From NCBI GenBank assembly GCA_964270895.1, contig OZ185446.1: a stretch of 64,000 nucleotides of DNA, one strand, 5' to 3'. A program made the translations under genes and the position numbers. This document shows, in pieces, positions 1 to 12,627 of this stretch (its first letter is position 1; each line of letters opens with the position of its first letter). Under the pieces are notes generated by a model. That model did no database searches and was not told the DNA's origin. It saw nothing but the letters and a program-made list of their open reading frames with translations. Source of the DNA: Podarcis filfolensis (Eukaryota).

Positions 1-3000
1 GGTACTTGTAGTATTTGTGTGTGTGCCTCAGGTGCTGAGGTAACTTGATCAGTCTTGGATCAGTGTATCTTCACTTCATCCAACAATCTCAAGGTCCAAG
101 TAGGTTGGTATCAGCAGAGGTGTCTTCTCAGGTACCTAGGCCCCAAGTCATATAGGGCTTTAGATGTCAACATATGCCAACCTTAAATTGGTCATGGTCA
201 CAGATAAATGTATAGCAATACAAGAGTTGGCATTAATTCTCTGAGCAACATAAAATGTTAAGTATATTCAAAAAGTAAATTTATTCATATTAGCAATCCC
301 CCTCCCCATAATATTTGGAGTTTAGGTGGAGCACAAACTCAGATGTTGGTGTTAGGTGCCGAATTCAGCATTCTGAGTCTGAATGCCTTATGGCAATGGC
401 AGTAAGCTTAAAACCATGTGCAATACCTAGTGAAATAACAGATGACGGAGAAGTGTTTGTGTAGGCTATCTAGGGCTGGGGATAAGACACAACTCCTTGC
501 CTATTTCCATGATTAGCAGGAACAGAATGAATTGCAGCATGTGCTTAGTTTCTAATAAGTATGCAAGTTGTTAAATTCAGTTTTCTTGATGAATTTGGCC
601 TATTGTTTATATTTGATAAATAGCGATATTATAAGCCCAGTTTAACTACAAGATTTTTGTGGTATGTTCCTTAACATTGTAATGAACAATCCTGTAAGGT
701 GCTTGCTTTTTATATAGCCCCTATTGAGGTCATTATAGGCTGGGGAAGATATGGTGGTGGGTATGGATGTGTCATTTAAATGAGTGTTGGTCAAAAATTT
801 AGTGGTTGTTCCTCTTTCTGGTTTCTCCCCTATCCTTTGTGACCATAGTTGCCATGTTAACAAGCCATCAGCCCATGTGGTACTGTTGCTGAATGAAAGG
901 TTGGTTCATAATATTACACAAATCAGAAGGAGCCGCCTGGCCTGAATTGCTGAAAGTTGGGTGGATGGCTGGAAGGTGTCTATTTGCCTTGGTTGCATCT
1001 GCCTGAATTCTTAATGCAGCACAACAGTGCAATAATCTAAAGTCTCCTTTCCAGACTTCCTGCCTGGGAGCCAATTTTGAATGTTTCTACTTGGTGTTGG
1101 ACAGTAAGACAGATTAGGAACTCTTGTTGATTTACCACTCACCACACTCTTCAGCAGTCTTCCTGCCTGGAGCTGACAGAGGTTATCTCTGGGCTAGTGT
1201 TGAGGACCCCCAGGATGTTGCCAAGGCTGCTTTGTGAGGATTTTATGGCCGACATGACAAATGACAGCAATTTGCACCAGCATATCCTTGGCCTAATTTG
1301 AAGAGTGAGGAACTTCATTCATGGAGGCCAAATGCCAGCCCTCCAGGCTTCTGTGTCTGTCCTGGGGTGAGATAGGGCGGGGCTTAGACTGGTAATAGGG
1401 CTATAAGAATGTAGAGCTCTGATGTTGCTTCGGCAAGAAACAAACAGGGTTAGCTGGGTGTAGAAGCAGCATCTTAGGAACTGTCCAGAGAGGCTTTCCT
1501 GACAGTACCCTATCTCACTTAAGTGACAGGTAAAAACTGTTTTTATCTGCCCAGGCCGTCAAAGCTTAAGAGATTCGGATTTTTAGCATGAAATCTTCTG
1601 CATCTCCTTTTTATACTAGTCTTAACTGACTCCTGTTATTTGTTTTCCTGATTTTGGTATATTTTATGCTTTTATTTATAAACTTCTTTGAGAGAACAGC
1701 AGAAGAACAGCCAAAGTGCTCTTATAATAAATAAACAATATTTCTACATGTTGAACATAATTCTGATTCCAGCTTTCAGAGCAACTTTTTAATGCCTCCC
1801 CCTTTCTAAAAAAACCAAAAAAAACCCTCTGTATTGCTTTATATTGTAGAACCATATACTATTTATTCAGATTGCTTTTTGTACTAAAACCCAATTAAAT
1901 TAAAGTATAAATATATTCTTCCAACTTCTATTTTGTAATTTCCCCCCAATGGAGCTATTTTAAACCTGTGCAGTAGTTGGAAGGTCTTTTGTAGTACAGT
2001 AAATGCAAAAGAAGAAAATTGCATGAAAACACCAGATGTGGGTATGTTCTCTATTGAAAAGAAGTAATTATATTCAATTAGTTCAAACCTGTGATTTTGC
2101 TAATGTTAAATGCATTGCTTGAAATGTGTTTGGGGGAGGGGGACACAGTTGAGAAATCATCAGTGTGGCACATTTAAAAGGTCTGCGTGTGTGTATATGT
2201 GTGTGTGTGCCGTTCTTTGCATACTAATATATGCACTGTAGGATGTAAATACAAAAGTTTACATAACCTGTGAAATAAACAGAAGGAAAATATTTTAATC
2301 TAATTGCCTAAAGGTTTTCTATAGGAGGTGAAAATTTTGAAGTAATTTGGTATTAGATGTGCTTTAAAAGTACCATTTTAATTTTTATGCCTCCATACTC
2401 TAGTAAAACCAGTATGCATAGATGCAGATGCTGTGATTAGAAGCAATATGTAACCTCTCCTCTACATTACTTTTTGAAGATTTTAGCTATTAGACCACAC
2501 TTGACTACCCTTCCCATACAATAAGAGCAAAACAGGCTTTCATAAATGTTGCTATTTCTAGGGTGTACTCCTTGTTCAAGTGGGATGAGCATGAAATAAT
2601 TTTTCACCTGCTTACATTAATTTTCTTTTGTCTTTGTCCATGTAGAATTATACCCTCAGAAATAAAATATAACCCAAAAGTTTATTTGAGTAGAAACACA
2701 ATATAATATTGATACTAAAAGAAGAGAAAGCAATCATGTATGCAAATGCGGGGACAGAAGCTTACATGTGCAAAGAAAAGAAACTCACAGTGTATATCTA
2801 ATATGGTATAATTAGATTCAATTTCTCAAGTGTGCTACTTCCATGGGTTGATTGTGTACATTCTCTTGAGCATAATTATGGCAATCACAAAAATTTCATT
2901 GAGTTCATTTTTATTCTTTTTATTACTTTTACATAGCTGTGTAGTGTGTTGTAAATCTGAAAACTTGTGAACCTGACCTGGCAGCATTTTAAACTTCAGC

Positions 3001-4364
3001 TCCTGTTAGTATATGACCCAATAAAATAAAACTGACATGTTTCCAACTCCTTTTCTTGTCTCTCCCATCACCCTCCTTTCTTAATTCCAACAGCTACTTT
3101 ACTACTCCTTTTAAAACTTCTTTTTCACTGTGGCTAGCACCACCCTTCTGCTGTTTTCTGTTTAGTGTGATTCTTTTGACAGCCAGATTATAATAATTTT
3201 GGAAATTCTGTCATCCTAGATTATATCTGAAAAATCTGGGTAATTTGTGTGGAGAGTTAGATGCACAGTTTTTAACTTCTCATGTAATGTTAATCCAATT
3301 TCCTATTGTGTGCTGCAAAACCAGTATCTCCTCAGATTCTTCTGTTGTGATGATATATTGGGTTACATTTTCAAAGATGATGGCATGCTTCATCAGAACC
3401 CATTATTTGTGGTGTGGTGTTTGAGTAAAATTATTTCCAAATATATATATATTTAAGAGTGTGGTATTGTTTTATGAAGAAATAGGATTATTGAATGTTA
3501 CACTGAAATATTCTTTTGTGGCCTGTTAGTTGGGTAGGAGTTATTTTAAGATTACTATAACCTCTGCCCACTTGCTGAGTAGTTTTTTTATTGACTATAA
3601 ATTTTGAGTTTTAATATGCCTGAGGAAAGGTGATCTGATATGTATGTTGTATTATAACAGGCATAATTTTGCATCAGGCAATCCTCCTGTATATGAGAGA
3701 GAAGGGGGGATGGAATCATTTTTTTAAATGATACTATATTATTAATTGTATTTAAAATATTTTTCAAAAAACTGCTGCTCAACTAATCTCAGCACATTTT
3801 TAGTCAATTCAAAAGTTGTGTAATCTATTTATTGATTTAAATTTTGCAGTTCTCTTGTAATCTTCCAAATAATATTATCTGAAGAACTGCACTGCTAGTT
3901 AGTTGCTTGCAAGTGTGCTTTGGATGTAATGTTTCATGAGCAACTGCTTCCTTCTCTCTCAGATGGCAAACTACTTTTGAAACAAAGGAGACTTTCAAAA
4001 ACAGTCTTTGATAAAAGGGATGTGACTACAGTTTAAACAAAGAGAGAGAGAAAGGATATTGACTCAATGAACCAAACACTTTCAGCATTCCTAAAGTAGC
4101 TCTTTGGACCCAGCCTATGTATTTTTGATCTGAAACTTTCAATTGTAATAGAAAATGCAATGACCAGGTATGAGCAGATGGACTGAGTGGTACAGCCTTT
4201 CTCCTAGTAGCATATTCTATCTATCGGTACTATTAAAAATAGATATTTGGCTTTTAACATTTAAAAATATCTGCTAATTTAATATTTAACCATTCAGGTG
4301 ATTTTCTTTGTAGTTTTGTATTATTTTTTATTCTATATTATAAACAATCGCTTATATTTCATAG

Positions 4365-4453
4365 GCCTCGAAGTAGAGGAAAACCTGCAGTGGAGGATGA
4401 AGACAGCATGGATGGTTTGGAGGCAGCAGAAACAGAAAACACTGTGGAAACTG
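4365..4453 (+). CDS. KMT2C: KMT2C exon 2 (89 nt) PRSRGKPAVEDEDSMDGLEAAETENTVET
   Basis: tttcatag|GCCTCG...ACTG|gtaaag; phase 2 to 1. Confidence 0.95.
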
Positions 4454-6216
4454 GTAAAGGCACAAGTAGTAGCAATGCTTTCATAAATTTTGGGAATATG
4501 GGCTGTTTTCCTAGCATATATCCATATGCAAGGAAAAACAGATATAGAAAATGCAAGTAGAAAATGTATCTTTTTTTAAAAAAAAAGGTTTTTTAAAGAA
4601 AAGTGTAGTTTGAGAAGCATGAATTTATTGAAGGGTTAAATTCAGTGGGCTAGCAGTTGTTGAAAGTAATAGTAAAAGCATATTCAATACACTTATCTCT
4701 ATGGAAAAAGAGCACAAAAGATTAAAGAAAACAGACATGGAATATTTTTAAATGGCTTAAAACCAAAGTGGAAAATTAGAAAATCAAAGAAAGGACAGGT
4801 TATTAAGACTACATTTGTACCTGACTACAGATGTAAATCAATTTTCAGTCTCCTCCACCTCCAGCATCCTGGGTAATGATTTTAAAAAAAACACAAAAAA
4901 TGGTCCTTCAGTGCAATCCTACATTGGACAGTGTGCTTGTGCAGAACAGAATATAGGAAGATACTTCAATATAGGCAAAAGCCAAGGCCACTGTCTCTTT
5001 GCTTCTAAATGATGATGACCTTAGCAACAGCAGCTCCTCCATGTCTGCCTAATAAGTCTTAGAATGTTGCTTCCATGTTTCTTTATAGATGTCTGATTGA
5101 CTTGTTTTTCTAAGTGAGGAGGCTTGTGGAACCTCCCAAGGCAATGACTTCCAATTCCAGGCACTGCTGCAGAAAGATCCTGTTCCTCATCAGGCAGCAT
5201 GTGTAAGAGTAGCTCAGTAACAATCTTCAGAAGTAGGCTGAAACTTTTCAAAATAAAGTTAGATTTTTTCCCCCTAGGAAATATCAGTCTGGTGTAACAC
5301 AGTAGTTAAAACTGATTGCTCATAAAGATCCTTCCAATTAAAAGCTTTTGAAGTTATTTAAAGGTTTGGTTCTCTTGAGACTACATTAAAATGCTTGTGC
5401 TAGCTATTTAAAGCAGTTTAAAAAACAGAGGCAAGAAAAAGTAAAGTAGTTTTTACTTTTAAAGTTTATCTGTGGATATTTTCAACAAAATTCTGTTTGA
5501 AGAATTGGCTGTTGCAAATTCAATAGAAATTGAATTTTATAATTTAATCCTTTAATCCTTGCCTTTCTCTTCAAATCCTCATAAACCACTTAACTCTTCT
5601 TTATGGTCATTAATCCTTCCTGTTGGTCTCCTCTATACTTTTTGAGACTCTGTTATAACTAACAAGATGTGTAAACTGAGAACATCTTATGCATCAGATT
5701 AGCGTTGCCTTTGAATGTTATAGGAAAGCACCTTATGATAAATCCATCAAGATTAAAGTAATTCCATTTACAGCCTCCATCTGTATTCTTCACTACAATG
5801 AATGGTCTATTTTGTCAACCAAAATCATTTAATCACCCCCCCCACAGCATATAAATACCCAGTTTCAGTGTCTGAATACAGATGATATAAAATTAGTTGA
5901 AAGAGGTAAAACCATGTATCTGATAAGTATATGATAATGGCCAATTCAGTATTGTCTTAACCACTTGAGGAGGGTAGGTCCTGTGGAGCAGTTTTAGCTG
6001 GTTGCAGAAAGTTAGGGTTTAGGTAGATGCAGAGTGGAGAAAAAGAGAGCAAAAATTTGCTTCCTCTCAACATGTTTATGAGGTAGGAAATATTGTTGAC
6101 TGGATGTGTTCAATACAACTGTAGTGAAATCTTCAGAATGCTTTGTATATCGTAGCCTTCATGCTGATCTGATAAAAAATAAATCTTTTAAAAACTAAAC
6201 TAAAGACTTGAACTTC

Positions 6217-6483
6217 TTTAGTACGATATGAATTTGCTGAGCTAATTGTTAAAGAGGGATACAAAAAAGGGAGGTGTGAGGAAGTCAGGAAAATAAGTTA
6301 ACTAAAGATGAATAATTAGAAAAGAGTGATTTGTGTTTGTTTTAGGTTATTTATGTTACTTGTGGTGTTTCTGATTGATTTTTCCTTTTTTTGTGAAATA
6401 TTGTATTGTTGTTTATTACTTTTATGTGTGTTTTATGTATCTTTTTATTGTTAAACTTAATAAAATATTATTATATAAAAAAA
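6217..6483 (+). mobile_element. 5'-truncated L1-type retrotransposon 3' end
   Basis: Perfect 16-bp TSD taaagacttgaacttc at 6201-6216 and 6484-6499; T-rich 3'UTR, AATAAA at 6459, A-rich tail. Confidence 0.75.
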
Positions 6484-7203
6484 TAAAGACTTGAACTTCA
6501 AGTCAGTCACTGTAACAGATGGACATCTTGTGTGATCATTGAGCTATTCAAGGGGTTGTCAATTTTTTTCATGGAATATCTCAATGAAATTTCATTGAGT
6601 TTCCTGTAGTTGTACTTCAACCACATTGTATGCTGCCTGACTAGTTTCTAGTATTGTATTTATGTTTTAAGTGGAGCTCTTCAGCCTCATTTCTGGGATG
6701 ACTTTGAATTGATTGCTCATGAGTCTCAGACTGCTTTCATCCTCCTAAGACACATAACATTCAGGTCAATCCACAAAGCCTTGCCACTGGACCAGAATTA
6801 TTTAGATCGCATCATAGGAAGATGTTTTCTTACTATAGGATTTGCATATTTCCTTTGCTTACTTGAGGACTAGTAAATATATTACACTTTATTTTTGTTA
6901 ACGTGCTCCTCTGGTTTATTTATTTGGTTGCAGAAGACCTAATCTGAAACCTTTTCTGGAAAGGTGCTATTGCAGTCACACAGGACATAAATTTATTTTA
7001 ATTAACTGCCATCAAATAAATGGTTTAACACCAAAGGTTACATATACCTAGTAATATTATGCCTTTCAACAGTTTGAAACATGTTTTTGGATCAGTTTAA
7101 ACTAACCGTTTTCCTCTATGCTTTAATGCAGTTGTTATCAGTAATATGGCAGTTGGTTTCCTTCCCCCTCCTCTGAAATGTCATATTATATCCTATGCTT
7201 TAT

Positions 7204-7549
7204 AACATGTGTATGTTGAATTTTAAATTATACCATGTTATTAGCTGCAGTACTTTATAGCAATCTGTAGTTTATCTGTGTACTGTATTCCAGTTTGATT
7301 TTGCTTTTCACTAATTAGACTTGGTCCTGCAGTGTGCCTAGGCTTGCTGTTGTTGCAGACAGCAGAAATCCTATGGAGGAAAAGACCTGAATGCTGTGGT
7401 CTATTTCATGTTATTCAGTCTGTTAATTATTTCCTCACTTCATTTGCATATGCCCAATAGCAGAAAAAAGGTGATTTAATGAAAGATGGAACTATAATAG
7501 TCCCTATGCACTTATCACTACAATTCAAATAATTTGATATGTAAAATTT
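7204..7549 (+). repeat. Copy 1 of a ~350-bp dispersed direct duplication (partner 29233-29603)
   Basis: Colinear by eye with long identical runs such as cactaattagacttggtcctgcagtgtgcctaggc and tctgttaattatttcctcacttcatttgc. Confidence 0.9.
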
Positions 7550-7960
7550 GAAACATCACACAAATTGTGGTGTGAAACTTTAACATGAAGCCCTTCAACC
7601 TGTAAAAGTTCAGCAGCAAATTTGGGATATTGATGAAATAAGGATAAATAAACTAAAAGGTGCTTTATCACTATTTGTATTTCAGTACCAAAACTAACTT
7701 TAGAAGAACTTGTGGACATAGAAATGTTAAATCTGAACGTAGCTTTCTTTTGTAACATTTAAATTAAAGTCGCAGGCAAAATTATTTTGAAGTAGTTTTT
7801 TATGCTTTTGAAACAGTATCTATGTGTCTAGTTTATTAATTTTGTGGCCCTTGTCAGTATTAGTCATAACTAAATGGTGACATTTCTGTTTTTAAAACTG
7901 TCATTATAAATGATTTAAAAGATAAAACATATTGTTATAGGCATAGTCAGAATTAAAGTA

Positions 7961-8172
7961 CAGTGGTACCTCTACTTACGAATGTGATCAGTTTCGGGGT
8001 GCCATTTGCACCCCGAAAAGAAGTAGAGTGCCGCTTCTGCACGTGCGCGAAGCACGCAGATTGCTTCTGCACATGCGCATGCAGTGAACCCGAAAGTGTT
8101 TACTTCCGGGTTTGCCGTGTTCGTAACCTGAAAAGCCGCAACATGAAGCAAATGTAACTCAAGGTATGACTG
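7961..8172. mobile_element. Tc1/mariner (Tigger-like) MITE
   Basis: TA|CAGTGGTACCT...AGGTATGACTG|TA; CpG-rich interior. Confidence 0.85.
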
Positions 8173-8340
8173 TATCAATAAATACGGAGGGTAGCATATG
8201 TTTCCATCTGGATGTTGCAACTGCAATGTTTTTGAATACAAATAGAAAAACAGATTATGTGCATAGGACAATGCTGTGCCAGATTCTCCTAACACTTAAA
8301 AGTATGATCTTTAATCAACTTACTCTCTTTTGTCCATCAG

Positions 8341-8479
8341 AAATCAAGGAACAATCTGCAGAGGAGGATGCCCAAACTGAAGTGCATGGTGACAAGAAGC
8401 TAACGCCAGTTCTTCAGCGCTCAGTGTCTGTGGAATCTGCAAGCTCCATTGCCTCTGTTGGTGTTGAAGCAAAAACCAG
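8341..8479 (+). CDS. KMT2C: KMT2C exon 3 (139 nt) EIKEQSAEEDAQTEVHGDKKLTPVLQRSVSVESASSIASVGVEAKT
   Basis: tccatcag|AAATC...ACCAG|gttaga; lies within track ORF 8166-8507. Confidence 0.95.
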
Positions 8480-9210
8480 GTTAGAAAGAGAAACAGGCAG
8501 ATGCTGAGTCAGTGGTGGGGGAAGGGCTGGGATCTGAACAAACAACACAGAAAATGCTGGGATTTATTCTTTGGCAATCACGCATAGCCAAGTAAGATTG
8601 TCTTCCATGAACACAGTCTTAACAGTGAGTCCATAAGTGACTGTGGATGCCAATTCTGGATCCACACATCCTTCCACAGTGGGGACATAGGTTTAAGGGC
8701 AGGAGTTGATCACAGTGATGGTTTGTCAAACGTGCCTTCCTCTTAGTGCATTTCTCCCTTTCATCCTGAATTTGAGCAATCTTCAAAGTCTGTGACACCT
8801 TTGGTAAAGGCTGTTCTCCAATTGGAGTGCTCGCAGGCCAGTCTTTCCCAGTTGTCAGTGTTTATACTACATTTTTTTGGATTTGCCTTGAGAGAGTCTG
8901 GGACTACACTCTTTGCAGCATCATTCTATTTTGTAGCATTAGGCTGTGCTGGCAACTGCTATATTTGAGATGGATGACATAGTGTGTAGGGGGAGCAGGA
9001 GTGGAAAAGCATGTTTGCTAAATGTTGACTTGTATCAACCAACTTAAGTGGTTGTTATCAATGTTGTAAGATATTGATGCAGCAGATTAAAATACTCCTG
9101 GAAATGTGTGTGTGGATTTAATAAAACAAAATACAAATCCTTTATTTTAAGAACATCGGAAGCTGCCTTATATCAGAGCCAACTTTCTTTCCATCTAGCC
9201 CAGAATTGTC

Positions 9211-9307
9211 TACTTGTTTTTATTATTGCTTGTAAGCCGCTCTGAGCCCGGCCTTGGCTGGGGAGGGCGGGGTATAAATAAAAAATTATTATTAATTATT
9301 ATTATTA
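9211..9307 (+). mobile_element. L2-like LINE 3' tail with (ATT)n
   Basis: gtaagccgctctgag...agggcggggtataaat followed by ATT repeats, recalled as a squamate L2 end. Confidence 0.65.
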
Positions 9308-9978
9308 CTTTGACTAGAAGCATCATTTCCTTCTTGTTGCAAGCCTAAACCTGCTTCATATAAATTAATGCTGAGTATTAAAACACACACACTCTATTTG
9401 CCATTTATCTGATTACACTTCAGTCGCAACTATACCAGTAAAGGAGTGAGTTGTCCCAAAAAGTACATACACATCTTGACTCTCAATAGAAATTCAGCTA
9501 TCCATCAGTCATTTGGAAAATTGCCATAGCAGTTAACCTGATGGCAGTGCTTCACAGTGTAGGAAATGTAAATATCTTGAGGGTGTTTGATGCATTTAAA
9601 TACAATAACTGCACTTGGATAAAGATTAATTGGACATTTTTCAAGTGTGGACTTTTGTCCCTTTATATTCCTGTGTGACCACATGAGAATAGGAAATTTG
9701 AGAATTTGAGTTACGTTATATGATAGAGTGGTGCAAGTAGGCAGATATTGATTATTCAGTGGGTTTTCAGCACTATATTAAGAGGAGCAAAGATGTTTCT
9801 TATTTTTATTATGTATTTTGTGGTTTTAATAATCTAATTTTACGTTGTGAACCACCATGAGATCTATGGATGAAAGGCAGTATACAAATTTTAATAACAA
9901 CAACAAATTACTGTACTGCCTTTTGATCAAGCTCCATTTCCTGAGGCTACTAATGTGGGTTTTTATCTTATTTGAATA

Positions 9979-10207
9979 CAGTCATACCTTGGTACTTGTA
10001 CGCCTTGGTACTTTTACATTTTGGCTCCCAAACACCGCAAACCCGGAAGTAGGTGTTCCAGTTTACAAACATTTTTTGGAAGCTGACTTTCTGTGGCTTC
10101 CAACTGAATGCAGGAAGCTCCTGCAGCCAATTGAAAGCCATGTCTTGGTTTTCAAAAGTCAAATGGACTTCAGGAACAGATTACGTTTGAGAACCAAGGT
10201 ACAACTG
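9979..10207. mobile_element. Tc1/mariner MITE (same subfamily as 43762-43991)
   Basis: TA|CAGTCATACCTT...AAGGTACAACTG|TA; shares cccggaagt and ctcctgcagccaat core with the 43.8-kb copy. Confidence 0.85.
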
Positions 10208-10905
10208 TACTGTATATAAAATGCACATTAAAGGAGCTATATAGGACAATCAGAATAATAGACTGCCAAAGTTTGTTTCACAAATTACCGAAGTTTATCC
10301 AGCAGTAGTGCATTCACTGGAGTTGTTACTTTCAGTTAAGGTAGAATTTAATTTTTAATATCTATTTATCACTATCTAAAGCTTTAAAGACTACGAAAAT
10401 GTAGTAATAATAGCCCCATCATTCTTATTTCAGTAAAATGCAAAATGATGAACAGATGACATGTTAACTATTGCTCAGTGGCACTTTATAAAATATTACT
10501 CTGTTCTGAAAGCCTAAGGATTGCGTAACTTCTTAAGGTGAAAACTGGGATATGGAAGAACTTATTAAATACATCAATCAATTAAATTCTTCCTTTGCCT
10601 GTTCACACTAGACTGGAAGACATTCTTAAGTTGTTTATGGTACTTAAAGGCTAAGGCTATGTTCTTTTACAAAATTACTAGGGAATAAGTTTTATTGAAA
10701 TCAGTAAGAGTAGCAACATGAGAATGGGACTTTTCAGTGGTGACTCCCCACTTGTGAAATGCTTTACTGAGGGAGACTAGCCTGGCACCATCCTTATCTT
10801 ATTTTCAGGTGCCAGGTAAAAGCTTTCCAGTTTATCAGGACTTTTTGTCCTTAATTTCAAAACAGCTTTTGACATCCCTGTTTTTGCTTTCTGACTCTCT
10901 AGCAG

Positions 10906-11112
10906 TGAACAGCTCTGCGCCTTTTGTTATTGTGGGGAACGAAGCTCATTGGGACAAGGAGAACTTAAGCAGTTTAGTCCAACACCAGGGTTTATTGCTC
11001 CATGGAGCAACCAGTCTTTAAATAAGAGTGAAACTGGTGACAGCAATGACGGCATTTATGAGAGTACTCCAAGGCAGAATTCAGTCCTACGCAAATCAAG
11101 AGGACAAAAGAA
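10906..11112 (+). CDS. KMT2C: KMT2C exon 4 (207 nt) EQLCAFCYCGERSSLGQGELKQF...RKSRGQK, start of extended PHD zinc knuckle
   Basis: ctctctagcag|TGAAC...AAGAA|gtaagt; tandem TAGCAG acceptor. Confidence 0.95.
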
Positions 11113-11207
11113 GTAAGTTTTTTTATGCTTACCAAAATATATACTATTTCAGTTCATGTTCTAGTCATCTGACTTGTAAGTAAATGTGCAGTAAGACAGC
11201 ATGCAGT

Positions 11208-11325
11208 TAGGGTTGCCATACGTCCATAATTTTTTTGTACTTTGCCTAAAGTTAGGGCTGCTCAACAACTTTGCGATATTTCTATTAAAAAAAACAACAA
11301 CTTTTGGGGTGTCCTGGCAACCCTA
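11208..11325. mobile_element. Short hAT-like MITE
   Basis: 11-bp perfect TIR TAGGGTTGCCA...TGGCAACCCTA; TSD degraded. Confidence 0.7.
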
Positions 11326-12489
11326 GCCTAAGTAGGTGCTGAAAATGAAAAAAAAACAACATATTTATGACATAAAATATAAGGGGTCTTTGTCAATAGA
11401 AAGTGTTTCAGGAAGCAGTAGCAGCAAAATACATTGATAATTCTATTTAAACAAGGTCAGTTAGATACTAAGGTGACAAAAGCCAGTATGAAACAGTGGC
11501 TAACCCAGGGCAGGCTACCATGTAACTCCATATGTTACTCTACTCTAACTCCCATTGGCTCCAGCCAGCAGGGATAACGGTCAGGGATGATGGGGTCCAC
11601 AGATTAGCCAACCCTGGCCTATGGTGTTAGATTTTGATGAAGGAATCCAGGTTCAGTTCCTTGGTCAGGTATTAAATTTCTGTCCTGCCCCTCCTCCCGA
11701 GGATGCACAGGGCAGCTAACAGGGTTTCAAAAAGTACAATCATGTTACAATCATAATTAAAATACTAATATAAAGATCAAAATACAGACATGAAAACGTA
11801 ATGCAGTTGATGGCAATAAGGCCTAAGTAGATAACTTCCTCACTATGTGCCAAAACTCAAGTGAACAGATGTGTCTTTGATTGATGTTTTGAAGCAATCT
11901 GAGATGGGGGACAACCAAACTTCTCCAGAGTGGAAACTTCATATATAGGTGGCTCTGCTTCATGTCACAACCCAATGGGCAAATATTAGTAACTGGATCA
12001 TGAGCAGGGCCTCACCTTCAGATCTTAAAGTAAGGGTCTGCAGATGCAGGAAGTACTTGGGCCTCAAGCCATTCAGAACTTTGCATACTCATACCAGCAC
12101 CTTGAATTGGTAGCCCCCCTGTCTTTTCCACGTGCTCTCTGCCAGCACTGCTAGTACTGTAGTTCCTAGCATTAGTGATCTGTCTTTGGTTTGTGAGTTG
12201 GGGGGGAAGGAAACTTGCCTGATGCCCTCATCGTCATTTTTTAGGTGCCAAGCTATAAGACCTTTTTATTCACTGAGGCCTTGGGTAGCTAAGCTGACCT
12301 CTGTGGTGGTGCCCATCATTTTAGGATGGGTAGGATTTGTCATTATTATTTTCCTGGTTGGGCATTTTAGGTATTTTGTATTTTATGTTGCTTTAAATAT
12401 TGTTGTTTAAAAAGTTATTTTATCTTGTTATGTTGCTTTGATACCTTTCGTATAAAACAACTCACAAATTTTATAGCCAATCATCATCA

Positions 12490-12627
12490 TCGTGCTGGGT
12501 CAGATCAGCGATTCTTCAGCATTTTGGACCAGAGATATGCTGGTCCAGCTCTACTGGAGATATCGGAGGTCAATCTAGGGTCCTTCTGCATTCAAAGCAG
12601 ATGCTCTGTCACTGAGCTATGAGTCTT
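12490..12627 (-). mobile_element. tRNA-derived squamate SINE remnant (Squam3-like head)
   Basis: gggtccttctgcattcaaagcagatgctctgtcactgagcta is the reverse complement of a tRNA-like SINE head. Confidence 0.55.

Noticed and set aside
642-1074. Two adjacent minus-strand ORFs (73 and 68 aa) as a possible GIY-YIG/Penelope or nested gene
   Set aside because: No GIY-YIG, RT or other motif in the frames I checked; no splice or promoter support
1-4364. KMT2C exon 1 or promoter
   Set aside because: No CpG island and no MSSEED-like start; this is the distal end of intron 1
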